From the human T2T-CHM13v2.0 reference genome, Homo sapiens: 64,000 bases of DNA. The notes under the pieces are model-generated. The model saw only the letters and a list, made by a program, of their open reading frames with translations, had not been told where the DNA came from and ran no database searches. The position numbers were made by a program, and so were the translations under genes. Below are positions 25,871-38,803 of the stretch, one piece after another. The stretch's first letter is position 1. The number at the start of each line of letters is the position of its first letter. Location of the stretch: the NCBI RefSeq assembly GCF_009914755.1, contig NC_060931.1. One strand, given 5' to 3'.

Positions 25871-28789
25871 GACATTGTTTCATTCTCTCATACTTCTCCC
25901 TTACCTGTCCCCAGTTTAAATGTTTCTAAGTGATGATGTTTAAAAAAGATAATCTGATTAATCAAATAATAATGAATTTCCAAGTGAGGTTTGCTTACTA
26001 GCATTATAAACAAACTTACATACTTAATTTTTTAAGAGAGGGGAAAAAAGAAAGAATGAAAGAAACTAAGCCACAAATCCAACTTACTTTGTTTTAAAAT
26101 ATTCCTGTTTTAATTTAAGTATTTATATCTGGCTTTGTCTGTTTTAGTTAAGAGCTTCATCTCTCTGGCAAGCACATGCTGTCATACTGACTATATACTG
26201 TGTTTTGTATTCACATCCTTTAGATAGCTAAAACGTTAGAGAAATGAACTGCTGTGGATTAAAATACCTTGCCTGTTTTAAAAATCTTCTTTCTGATTTG
26301 ATAAGTCAAGAAGGGGGGCCGAAAAACACAGCAACAGCCTGGAAATTTTTGGCAGAGAAACCCCTATTCCAGTTTGAAACCACATACAAAGAAGACACAT
26401 GTCCGAGATACTCCCTGTTTATGCCTGGTCTTTGCTGCAAAGAAAGGTGTTGTTCGGAATCCAGTGTACTTTTTGGGGGTCATATTTGCCAGAAGAGTCA
26501 ACTCTTGATGGTTCAGGATCAGGAATATGTGAAATATTTGTGAAATTCATCTAGAATCTCAGTCTTATTTTAACTACTGATTTTGATTTCCCCTAATATC
26601 AATTTTTAAAACTGCTAAGGGAAAATGAAATACTAGACATGAGATTTTTTTTCTCTTTATTTTCACCCAACAAACCATTTGGAATCAGGTATAAAGGGTA
26701 TCAATCAGGAAAAAACAGAAGGCCAGGAGACAGAGCCCAATAAGGGAGACCCATCCCAGGGAGCCTGGGAGTCAGCGGGCCTGGATGCACCTCCCAGTTC
26801 TGCCTCTTATTAGCCAGCTGTGTGTTAACCCCTCATCTGGTTTGCTCAAGGTAACATGACCATCACAAAAGCAACAGAAACAGATTATTTACTTTCAGAT
26901 TAACTTGTGAAAATGACAAGTTGAATATTGTCATTTCAGTATTCAAGTTGAATACTATCAATTCAATATTCAAGTTGAATATTGTCACAAGTTGAAAGAT
27001 TAACTTGTGAAAATGACAGTTGGTTGAATATTGGTATTTTCTGCCTCCAATTGTTGCATTTGTTATTTGCAACTTTTAATGCACCATAAAAGCATTTTTG
27101 TTTTGTTTTAAAAGCATTTGTTTTAACGCACCTTACAAGCATTTTTGTTTTGTTTTAAAAGCGTTTGTTTACAAATTTGTGTTTTGTGACTTCTGGGATG
27201 ATTTAACAACTTTTAATGTACCTTAATACTTTCTCTGTTAGCTTTTGAGATTTAAAAACTATTTCTAATGCAATTTTAGCCATTTATGAAAATTGATGAT
27301 ATTAGTAAAAGGTAAAAGATAATAGAAATAGAAGATAAAATAAAGCCAAAAGAACTATAAAGAGAAATCAATAGTGGTAAAGCTGTGAGTAATGCCTATT
27401 TTTGCCTCGTTAGTCATTATTTCCACAAAATTTATTGCACAATGTCTTATTTCATGTTTACTTTTTGCGTGCAATTTTTGTTGGCTATTCCTTAGTTGGT
27501 CACTAAAATGTTATTTTTTTAAATTGAATGTAGAATAAAAAGTTGATAAATATTTGCCTAGACGGTTTATCATTATTTGCTCATCCCAGTAGACATTGTT
27601 GTACCTTTTACTCACATTCACTAATATGCATTTACGTAGTGCAGGTCCTTTGTTTCACAGTTACTAATAAGGCAGAAGTGGTGTGACTGTTGCAAAATAT
27701 GTTTACACTTTTTAAAAAGCAAGGTACTTAGAAAGGGATAAACTATCTAAACAAAAATTAATTAAAATTAAAAATTATAATTAAAAATCAGAAAAGTCAT
27801 ACCAGGATACACAGACATCATCAATATGTGAATTACTGATCAGAAACAAGAAATTCTGGACCATTTTACTTTCAGTTAGTTCATGTAGAGCTGGAGATAA
27901 AAATGTAAAGCAAAAATTATTGCCAGACAGAGTGGACAGAACTGGCTAAAGGTAAACCAAATATGTAAAAAAAAAAAATCAAAGATCTGAAAAGTGAACC
28001 AAAATTCAGAAATATCCATAATATTTTGGGTTGCTCTCCAAATTAAAAAACCTGCAAAAATGCATAAAAATTTATAAAGAGTACCAAAACAGCTTAATAT
28101 GCACCAAGATGACTAATACAAACAAAAATTCTATGTATCTGGAAATATTCATTTTTACCTAATTAATCATTTGACTAATTTTTTATTTCAACCGATTTAT
28201 TTTAAATTAATGTATGTATAGTCATAATTTTCTACTTTGTAAGATGGTGAATAAGGATAAAAATAGATATTTGTAAAGTGGCTCAAAATACACCCTTAAT
28301 AAAGCATAGCTCTCCCTATTTTTTTAGAAGCTAAAGAAACTGGATGGCATGCCAAAAAAGTATAACAAAAAAGTGTAACAACTGAAATAAACTTCAGGAT
28401 GTTGAGAGTTTCTACAAATCATCTTTCATTCTGCATGTCTGATGTTTGCATACTTAATGAAACTGTGTCTTTGGCAGAAAGGGAAATGCACATATAGTTG
28501 ATTCAATTCTAAGACTCATTGATTTACTTGTCAATGTATGCAAAGAATATTTAGTAAGCCTTGTTAAAGGAAGTGTAACCAAAGGCTCAAGAGCTTCAAG
28601 GCTGTCTCCATATTCTCTCCCTAGTCATCCTGTTGTTGGCTTGTGGTGATCAGCACTACTACTGTGTCCTACAGAACCTGGCATTATGGACAACAGTATC
28701 AGAATTTGGGATTAAATTTATATTTAGTGATATACACATCAGCTATGCCAAGTAATATATCATGACTCTTTTTCCTGTTATTTAAGAAG

Positions 28790-30420
28790 TTTTTTTCTTT
28801 CTACAGTTAATAATTATTTCATTTCCCACTCCAAAAACAACTGTCACTCTCTGGGCCTGTTGCCCAGGTGTTACCTGTTGCATCATTTGTTTTCCCGATC
28901 CCATTTCTCCTCTCTTGGCTTTACTCCCTCATTTTGGTGAATTGTATCCTCTGGTAACATTTGGGAAAAAAAGTCTATGGGTAAGACACTTTGTTGAGAC
29001 TTGTATATCTTAAATTATCTGTGTTTCTTTCTTGCACTTGATTTATGGTTTGCCGAGATATAGGATTCTTAAAATTTTTTTTCACCCAGCATTTTCAGGC
29101 CTAAAATTGCTTCTAATACTGGTATTAAAAAGCCTGATGTCATTCTGTTTCCTAGTCCTTTGTTTGTGTCTGTTTTCCTTTCTGGAAGCTTTTAAGATCT
29201 CTTTATTGCTAGTATCCTGGCGAATTCATGAAAATATGCCTTGATGGGTATTTTTTTGTTTATTGCACTGGGCACTCAGTAAGCCCTTCCAATCTGGAGT
29301 CTGGGAAATTTTTCTCATATTATTTCTTTGTAATTTTCTTTCTGTCATCTTCTCTATTCTCTCTTTCTGGGATTTCCCTTTCTGGAAATTGGACTTCCTG
29401 AATAAAGTCTCTATCTCATCTTTTCTATTATGTATCTTTTTTTTTTATTCTACTCTTGGGGAGACTTTTTTACCTGACATTTTAATTTTTTGCTGACTAA
29501 AAATATTTAGCTATTTTTAATATTCAAGAAGTCTTTATTCCCTGTTTATTCCCCTTACGTAGCAACCTGTTCTTGTTTCAATATTTCTTTGAAATTTCCT
29601 TCCTAGAGAATCTCTGAATTCCCTTATATTTATTTGTTTTGTGTCTCTCTTGTTCCTCTTGGAAGCTTTTCTCAAGTGTTTAGTGATTCTTGGCTGCCTT
29701 TTAATATGTAAAAAGTAGCCTACCAAAAAGTTGATTGTAATTGTGTATAGGTGCTGCTTCCCTGTAATAGCATCTAGTTGCTAACTGATCTTTCATATGT
29801 GACTCAAATGTATCTATAGATCTTCTCAGTGGTATGGTACCTCTGAAGAGAATCTTCCAATTTCCTGCCTAAGGCTTTTAAGCTTGGCAGCTGGTGTTGA
29901 GAGGTGGGTGGGAAAGGGAGCTCGGAGTAAACACTGTTCAATATTTAGTCTGATGTCCATCTCAGTGTCTGTGTCTTTGTTTCAGGAGTCTCTTGAGTTC
30001 CATTTCTCCAGAGACCATACCACCTACCTCCGGTGGGGGAAGGGTTGTCAGCAGGTAAAGACGGAACGTCGAGTTATAACTGACTCTAACACAGACTTCA
30101 AATAATCCCTGTTTTCAGCCTCTCTCCTTACCTGTGCCATCTTGGTGTTTCCAGTGTCTGAATATTTCCAGAGTTTAACATGGTGACTTAGCTTGCTTCT
30201 CATTGATAGTGCCATTGAGGCATTATTTTGACCCTCCTGCACCCTGTTGGTCCGTCTTGTTTCTGCATTTGTGTATTACAGCATAAGGTTATAGGCGTTT
30301 CCTAATGCTATTGAATTTAGCTTCAATAGCAAGTTTGTGTTTCTGTTTCTCATCCTGCTTACAGTTTGGGGTAATTTTGGAGAAAATAAGGAGACAGAAA
30401 TGTCTTTACTGTCTTGAAAC
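28790..30420 (-). mobile_element. ancient L1 5'/ORF1-region relic (HAL1/L1M-like)
   Basis: T-rich sequence with motifs such as TTTTCCTTTCTGGAAGCTTTTAAGATCTCTTT, TTGCACTGGGCACTCAGTAAGCCCTTCCAATCTG, GGAAGCTTTTCTCAAGTGTTTAGTGATTCTTGGCTG. Confidence 0.55.
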
Positions 30421-30839
30421 ATGAATATGTTGGTATTAACTTTTACATCAGAATACCTTAGGAATGGGACGTTGTACTCTGTGGCTAAATAAAATAACAC
30501 CTGGATATTAAAGAAACCCAGAAAGCCTTCTTTTTCTTTTTACAATAATTGGGTTTGATTTTCTTGGAAGTCTGAACTCCTGCTTACTATTGACTGTATG
30601 TTCAGTTGCCTCAGACTGTCAACATCAAACGTTAGCTAAAGGTGCCAAGCATTTCTGGGAGGAGAATTGATAAGGGAAATAGAGCCTCCTCTTTGAAGAG
30701 GCTTTGACTGTGTGGGTCTCTCTCTTTGAGATCAGTGCCTCATGCTACTTGTGATAATTTATAAGAGTTAACTCTCTTCATCTTTCCTTCCAATCTCTTA
30801 ATCTGGTGCAAAAGAAAAATGATTGCCTGTATAATTATT

Positions 30840-30975
30840 TCAGAATGTGAATTCTGACTCTGCCTTATGAACTATGTGAACTTGGGCAAGTTAAACAATT
30901 CTGGAACCTCAGTTTCCTCTCCCTTCAGTCAGGAAAAATAATACCAGAGATACTGATGATATTAAATGAATCAAT
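30840..30975 (+). mobile_element. MIR
   Basis: CTATGTGAACTTGGGCAAGTTAAAC...CCTCAGTTTCCTC. Confidence 0.75.
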
Positions 30976-31003
30976 AAATTAATCCATTTATTTATTATAC
31001 AAA

Positions 31004-31355
31004 TGTATTAGTCCATTCTCACACTGCTAATAAAGACATCCTTGAGACTGGGCAATTTATAAACAAAAGAGGTTTAATTGACTCACAATTCAGCATGGCT
31101 GGGGAGGCCTCAGGAAACTTACATTCATGGAAGAAAGGAAAGCAAACACATCCCTCTTCACATGGCAGAAGGAAGAAGTGCTGAGCAAAGGGGGAAGCCC
31201 CTTAGAAAACCATCACTCAGTATCACAAGAACAGCATGGATGAGGTGAACCATCCCCATGGTTCAATTATCTCCACTTAGTCCTGCCCTTGACATGTGGG
31301 GATTATTACAATTCAAGGTAAGATTTGGGTGGAGACACAGAAACAAACCGTATCA
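31004..31355 (-). mobile_element. THE1C/THE1D-type solo LTR
   Basis: TGTATTAGTCCATTCTCACACTGCTAATAAAGACAT...CAAACCGTATCA; perfect 5-bp TSD ACAAA. Confidence 0.92.
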
Positions 31356-31700
31356 ACAAACATTTCTTGAACTCCCTTCAAGTGCCAGGCATAATACTTG
31401 ATGCAAAGATGAATAGGCCAAAAATTCCTGATGACAGTTCAACAGAGGAGGAAGGCCCAGGAGCAGATCATTAGGGTCTAGAGTGGTGAGTGCTGGGATA
31501 GAGAGACGCATTATGGGAGTACAGGTGATGAGTACCTAACCCCACCCTGGAGGGTGGTGGCATGTCAGGGAATGCTCTCTAGAGGGTGATGCTTGGGATT
31601 TGAATGCCAGATCTTAAAAGAAGGTCAGGCATTACCTCAGTGAAGAGGAAGGAAAAGAATATTCCACATTATGGGGACAGTATAAGCAAAGATTACAGAG
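31356..31700 (-). mobile_element. L2 fragment
   Basis: ACAAACATTTCTTGAACTCCCTTCAAGTGCCAGGCATAATACT, then L2 body. Confidence 0.65.
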
Positions 31701-31839
31701 GCCAGATTCAACATTTTTTAATATTGTAAGGTAAACATGATTTTGTGTTAATGACTTGCCTAACAAGGTCTCTGACACTGCAGAAATATTAGTCACATCC
31801 TCCCTTCAGCCTCTAAATGTGGTCTTAAAAATTCAAGGG

Positions 31840-32125
31840 GGCCGGGTGCAGTGGCTCACGCCTGTAATCCCAGCACTTTTGGAGACCGAGGTGGGCAGAT
31901 CACTTGAGGTCAGGAGTTTGAGACTAGCCTGGCCAACATGGTGAAATCCCATCTCTACTAAAAATATAAAAACTAGCTGGGCGCCTGTAATCCCAGTTAC
32001 TCAGAAGGCTGAGACAGGAGAATTGCCTGAACCCGGGAGGCAGAATTTACAGTGAGCTGAGATCATGACATTTCACTCCAGCTTGGGCAACAGAGCGAGA
32101 CTCCATCTCAAAAAAAAAAAAAAAA
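31840..32125 (+). mobile_element. AluS (Sx/Sz-like)
   Basis: dimeric Alu with a short deletion at the right-arm start; TSD AAAATTCAAGG. Confidence 0.95.
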
Positions 32126-32185
32126 TTCAAGGAGTCAAGATGTAGAGATATCCATCATATGACTCAGGTATAGCCCCTGTGGGAT

Positions 32186-32246
32186 TGTGTGTGTGTGTGT
32201 CTGTGTGTGTCTATGTGTGTGTACAGAGATATGTGTACATGTGTGT
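32186..32246. repeat. imperfect (TG)n
   Basis: seen directly. Confidence 0.85.
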
Positions 32247-33367
32247 AGATGGGCTTGTGTTCTGTCATCTTTGGTTGATTTTATATTGGGTTTCATTAGA
32301 AAGCCAGTTTTTTTCCTCTTAGCAGTTTCAGTTTGACCTCTGTCATTAATATATTAGATTAGGGTATAATCTAATATGCAGGTGTATATTATACACACAA
32401 AATATATGCTAATGTGGTCTATTAGGTTACACTCTGCTCTACTTCTCTATGAACTCTCTGTATAATTCTCTATAAACCACTGTCATGTTCTATGAAAATC
32501 CTTGGGCTCAGACTGGTACCACATAGGGGACTTTTTCTTAGCAGTGAGCTGGGTTTGCCTATTCCTGAATTCCCTGAAAAGGTATTCCTGCCAAGGGCTG
32601 CGATGGAATTGAGACATAACCCCCTTATTTGAGACACACAGGGAATTCTAGCTCAATATGAAAACTCTGCTGCTGAGGTTAACGTGGATTTTTAAAATTA
32701 TATTGTTCATGAATGGGGATGGATTAATCACCTATAAGTTCTCAGTACTTTCTCTTAGAGTCAGAGGTGAGCTGACATGAACACACACATATTGCTCCAT
32801 TAGTGTTTTTAGCTGTGCTTGTATTTTCCGTGAACAACATAGTGTGGCTTGGTCACTGCTGAGTTCAGCTAATTTCAGAATAATGGTAAGCATTTTTTCC
32901 TATTAGGTGTAGAGATAAAATGATGATGAAAATCATAAAGATTAGTAGGGCCTACATCATGGTTGTCCCTTGGGAAGGTGGATTCTGGTGCCAAGGCTGC
33001 CTTTAGATCCTGAAGCATGGTTTATTGAATATTCTCAATTACTTTCATCCTTTTATGTGTAAAGGTAAATTCCACTGTGGAAACCTCCCAATCATGTCTC
33101 TTGAATGAAGCATGAAATATAATTTTAATTTACCCATGAGGTGCCACTAAGAAGTCATGAGAAGCGTTTTCTTGGATGCCTTGCAAAAATGGTTCTGGAA
33201 GGTAGTTTAGAAAGAAGTTTCAGAAAATATCTTTTTAGCATTAATTGAATCACTCTAGTTTATTCACTTGCTTGTTTAGTCATCAGATATTTATTGAGGG
33301 CCTATTATTATTACTCTAATGCAATATTAGGTGCTTGGAATAAAGAAGGTGAGTAAGACACAGTTAG

Positions 33368-33682
<315 letters not shown>

Positions 33683-35044
33683 ACTATTTCACTCTGTTCT
33701 TTGATGAGTGCTCAATCCACTTTGGGTGGGGGAAATGGAGGAGACAGAAGAAATACATGAAATACATCACATAAGATATGATAAGTGCTATGGGTTAGAT
33801 ATATTATTATATCACATATATTACATACTATTCAATAGTGACCAGTTCCTGGGTTGTTAGGGTAGAATGAACAAAAAAATTAAGGATTTCCTTCCAAGCT
33901 GACTGCCCTAAAGAATTAGATCTGTTAGGAATATCTAAGTTCTGTTGTTTTTTTTTTTAAATACAGCATCATGACTTTATAGATGTATTTACAGTGACAT
34001 AATCTGTACTGGATATTACATTTTAAGTGGTATACTGATGGAAAGAAAGATTTCTGGATGAATTAGAAAAGAAAGTCATTTGTTCCATTTCTTTTAGAAA
34101 GAGTAAACTCTATGGTTATTTTCCTAGGACAAAAATGAACATAAAAATTATTTTCAGATTGTTCAAATAAGAGTTGCAACTGCTATTATGATATTTACCT
34201 GTACCCATAAATACTTTAAATCCACTGTCAAACGCAGGTTATCAAAAGACTAATAGTTATGGTCCTTGAAGCCTTTTTTTCTTGTAGCAAAGAATTCACC
34301 AGTTGAGACTAACAGGAAAAAAGAGCAATAGAAATGACTGAAAAGTACATTTTATTGCATATTTTTAAGGGAAATTCTATTTTATTACTTTGGGGTAAAA
34401 TAGAGAAGCAACCCATTTGCCAAGTATAAATTTGTTAAAAACAAATTTAAACAAGTTAAAAACAAGTATCAATTATTTACTTTGGTTGTTCTTGTTTTCA
34501 TTAATTTCTTTCTATACAACTTTCTTGCATGGAGATAAAGGTTATCCCAACCTAAAATAAATGTGACTGAATTCATAATTTATTCATCATTCATAACATT
34601 TTGGAGGTGAAATATTGCCTCCTAGCCAACACCAGAATTGGTTGCAGCTAGTGTTAGGCTCTGAGGGGTTTAAAAAAAGACACACGAAGCCTAGATCCTT
34701 CTGTGAAGAGTGGGAATTCTAGCTGGAGAGTCAAGAATTCATGGGAGTCCCAGCAATTTAGTGATACTGCCAGATGCGTGTTAAAAGCTTGCAGTAGTCC
34801 TATGGCTCTCTCATGAATAAACTCTTGGAATGTTGAAACCGTGAGACATATTTCAAGGTTGACTTAAGTTAGTATGATGTATGCATTTATTAACTAAAAA
34901 GTACAGCCCTAACCTTTGCCAGGCACTGAGTTAAGTTCTTGCCCTCATGGAGCTCATGTGCTAGGAGATGGAAGAAATGATTGTGTAAGGTGTGGTTTAT
35001 GCTCCTTGTTGATGAGGCAACATGCATTAAAATTCAGTTTCGGG

Positions 35045-35168
35045 AGCCGGGCGCTCTGGCTCATGCCTGGAATCTTAGACCTTTTGGAGGCCGAGGTGGG
35101 CGGATCGCTTGAGCCCAGGAGTTGGAGACCAAGCCTGGGGAACGTAGAGAAATCTTGTCTCTACAAAA

Positions 35169-35169
<1 letters not shown>
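35045..35169 (+). mobile_element. FLAM_C / AluJ left monomer
   Basis: GCCGGGCGC...GGATCGCTTGAGCCCAGGAGTTGGAGACC; TSD core TTCAGTTT. Confidence 0.88.

Positions 35170-35244
<75 letters not shown>
35170..35244. repeat. compound STR (TCTA)9(TCTG)6(TCTA)3
   Basis: counted directly. Confidence 0.95.
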
Positions 35245-35399
35245 TCAGTTTTAGAAAAGCATGAATTTTAGAGCAGAGGCTGCAGGAGAGGTAAGCATAA
35301 TAACACTGAAGCTCTAAAACTAGACCCAATTTTTCGTGATGATTGGTTTCAATCTGGAAATCTCCCAGGATGACAGGACAGCTAAATTTCCATGTCACA

Positions 35400-36300
35400 A
35401 AAGCGTGTGACCGCTGCTCTGAAGCGCTCCAGACAGGTTATCAAGTTTCAGGGCTACGCTCCGGCCTGAAGAGTGTTTCTAATGACATGTTTTCACATAT
35501 GTTTTCCTGACAGCTGTATATTTTGCTCATTGTTTATACACATGCTGTATAGGAAAAAAAATACGCTTGACAGGAAAATTAACTGACAGACTCGGAGCCT
35601 GAAATCTAGTGAGAGATGTGGGTCAGAGGGGTTAAGCAAGTTCGTCTTCAACATTAAGGAAAAAGTTTCCTCAGATGTGTTCTTCAGCGCATAGGCTTAG
35701 TCTGTGCACAAGCCCACTACAGGCGCAAGCCTCTCATTCTTTGCAAGCCCTGAAGGATAGCTGCTCTAAGAAGATGACATCACATTGCATGTTTTTGCTC
35801 AGGAGAAGACATATTTGTGAATGGGTTGGCCTGCAGCAGTTTTCTGCCAGTTTAGTCCAATGATTGACAAGTACAAACAGCTCCTCTAGTGGCAGCGCAA
35901 TTGGGCATCCTGGCTGCTGTGTGTGGCGCACGCGGCCCAGGCCTGAGCGAGGTGTTCAGGAGGCGGGAGATCACTCAGGCTGATTCTGCAGGGTGTTCTC
36001 CTTTTGTTCCTGTTAGAACTCTCTCTTACCGTCTGTCAGAAAGACAAGCTTTCTATTGAGAAAGATTACGCCAGGTCCCACTCGGTAAGCACTGAGGCGG
36101 TAACCTAACACTCTTGCGAGGTGCTTTGGGCTTAGCTGGCCGATTCCTCATTGAATGATGTTTGGTAAATCTCAAGAGGCGGAAAGAAGTGCAGAATACT
36201 CTCAGAGTCAGCCTGTAACTGAGCTCTGCTCGGAGCAAATCTAGACGAAAATCCCGAGTTGTGAAACTGTCTTTCTCTTGCCAAACACTCCTCAGACGTC
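35400..36300. promoter_or_regulatory. candidate CpG-retaining enhancer or weak promoter
   Basis: unique sequence with roughly 25-30 CpG by eye; TGACAG x3; CCAAT overlapping TGATTGACA; partial CTCF-like CCACTAGAGG (- strand). Confidence 0.4.
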
Positions 36301-36918
36301 AAAGGTAGCAAAGTAGAAACAGGAGAATGGGCCTGGAAGCCCAGGGCATCTGGAAGGCTTGCTAGCAGGTACTGAGGCAATGCCAGGCCATGCTTAAAAG
36401 GATTTTGTTGCAATCCCCCCTGTAGTTTTATTTTTTGTTTGAAAGGCAAATCCAACATTTTGATCCCTTCTTAGTCACATAAGTCACCAGCTCTGCCTTG
36501 TGTGGGATCTTCTCTCATGGTCACAGATTAATGCATAGGAAAAAGAAGTGATCATGAGGTGGCTTTCTATTGGAGTTTGTCTGTTTAGTGCATGTTTGGC
36601 TTCTGACATAATTACCTTTCCTAATGTAATAAACATATGGAATTACTTTTTCTAAGCATGACTGAGGGGTCAGAGTTTATGTTTCCTTTAATAAGATTAT
36701 GAAACTTCTTAAAGTTGAGAGAGAATCTCCCTCATGTGATAAAAAGTTTTGTAGGCGTCTTTTCTTTTTTTTAATGCAAAGTCTTGAACACAATGTTTTG
36801 ATTCTCATTACAATACCTGTATATAATTTTAACTTTTCTTCATTTGACAGTTTGCATCCATAGGAGACATTACAGCATGTGCTAGTCCCAGCTCCCCATT
36901 TTAAAGATGGGGAACTTT

Positions 36919-37261
<343 letters not shown>

Positions 37262-37624
37262 TCAGATTTTTCTTTTACCCCAAACATCTAGATATAATTA
37301 TATATTTAAAATTTTATGTAAACATACAAGATAAAAGCAACCTTTCAAATTAATTTTAGTAGAATGGCATATAAATTCCAAATATGTGCATAGAAATTAC
37401 AGCTTGTAATAACAGCTGATTTGAAGGTGGATTTTTTTGGTGGTATAATAGAATTCTTTGCCTTATAAAATAACTCTCCATAGAGTTAAGTAGCATTCCC
37501 ACCCAGTATGTTTAACAGAGGATTATGAATATAAAAAATTCCTAAGCACTTTGACGTACACTTAACTTCTTAAGAACATGCCTACTGGGTGAAGTAAGGC
37601 ATCTCTATATTTGTCTTTCATTAA

Positions 37625-38180
37625 GTGGATATTTTTAAATGTATTTTCTACGTGCAGAATCCTGGACTAAGTGCTAAGCATGCTATCACGACATACCCTT
37701 GTCTTCAAGTCTTGTGGGGGAGACTGACATGTAAGCTGGATGACATGTTCAGCAGGATAAGGGCTATGGTAAATTATGCCCAGGGTTGTGGAAGCACTGT
37801 GTTCTCTAACTTTCTCCTGAAGTACAAGAAGAGAGTTGGAAAAGTCTTCAGCAGAGGTGTGACAGAACAAACTTCTGTTTTACATGGAGTGTTGTAGACT
37901 ACATCACGTCCCCCCTCAAAAATATGGTCATATCCTAATCCCCAGAACCCATGAATATGTGACTTAACATGGTAAAAGGGGTTTTGTGGATGTGATTAAG
38001 CCAAGGATCCTGAGATAAGGCGATGTTGTGGAAGCACAAAGATGGGGGCATTCTAAATCAGGATAGAGGGGAAAGGTGGGCTTCTTGCGAGTGGTGATAC
38101 TTGAAGGATGAGAAGGAGTTAACCAGCTGAGAAAGGAGAAAGCACATTCTAGTGAGAGAAAACAGCATACAGGAAGCCTC
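37625..38180 (-). mobile_element. L2 fragment split by a templated insertion
   Basis: L2-like sequence continues on both sides of 37798-38024. Confidence 0.55.
37798..38024 (+). repeat. dispersed direct copy of 41203-41430 (unique flank plus MLT1D 5' end)
   Basis: aligns by eye end to end at roughly 85% identity; flanked by GTTGTGGAAGCAC on both sides. Confidence 0.92.
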
Positions 38181-38433
38181 CTTACGATACGACACACCAT
38201 GGCACTGTCTGGGACCTTCATATATGATCAAGAAGGTGAGCTTGGGAGAGTGATAGAAGACAATAATAATCTTTCTTGGCTGTATTCCTGTTCACTGGAT
38301 ACCCTTTCTCAATCTCCTTGGCTGGTTCCTATTTTTCTTCGCAAGTTCTTAACTTCAGAGTTTACAAGAGTACAATCCTTGGTCCTCTCCTCTTTCTGCA
38401 GTCATGCCTTAGTGATTTCATTCAGTCTCGAGA

Positions 38434-38653
38434 CCTTCTACCATGTCAGGACACAGGGATCCTCCCTTCTGGAGGACACAGCAACAAGGTGCCATCTTGG
38501 AAGCAGAGAGCAGCCTGCACCAGACAACCAGACCTCCTGGCACTGTGATCTTAAACTTCCCAGCCAACAGACTGTGAGGAAATAAATTTCTGTTCTTTAT
38601 AAATTACCCAGTCTCAAGGGTTTTGTTATAGCAGCATAAAACATACTAAGACA
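38434..38653 (+). mobile_element. MaLR LTR 3' half (MST/MLT1A-type)
   Basis: GCAACAAGGTGCCATCTTGGAAGCAGAGAGCAG...AATAAATTTCTGTTCTTTATAAATTACCCAGTCTC...ACTAAGACA. Confidence 0.85.
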
Positions 38654-38803
38654 AATTTGACTAAGACAGAGCCATGCCAACAGCTCTCAAATCTAGATAT
38701 TCTAGCCTAAATACCCTTCCAAACTCAAAACATGCATTCCAAACTATCTTTTCAACATTTCTATTTGTGTACCTAATAGACTCTTCAAATTCAAAAAGTC
38801 CAA

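Noticed and set aside
26244-26543. 99-aa ATG-initiated ORF in unique sequence
   Set aside because: No recognisable domain, length within chance, and no convincing splice context.
26897-27035. CRISPR-like look of regularly spaced palindromic repeats
   Set aside because: Primate DNA, no unique spacers and no cas genes; better explained by local templated duplication.
27250-28560. Very AT-rich tract that may be a decayed DNA transposon
   Set aside because: I could not identify TIRs or any transposase motif.
35170-35244. Possible named forensic STR (D21S11 or D12S391-like)
   Set aside because: Repeat block order does not match those loci as I remember them.
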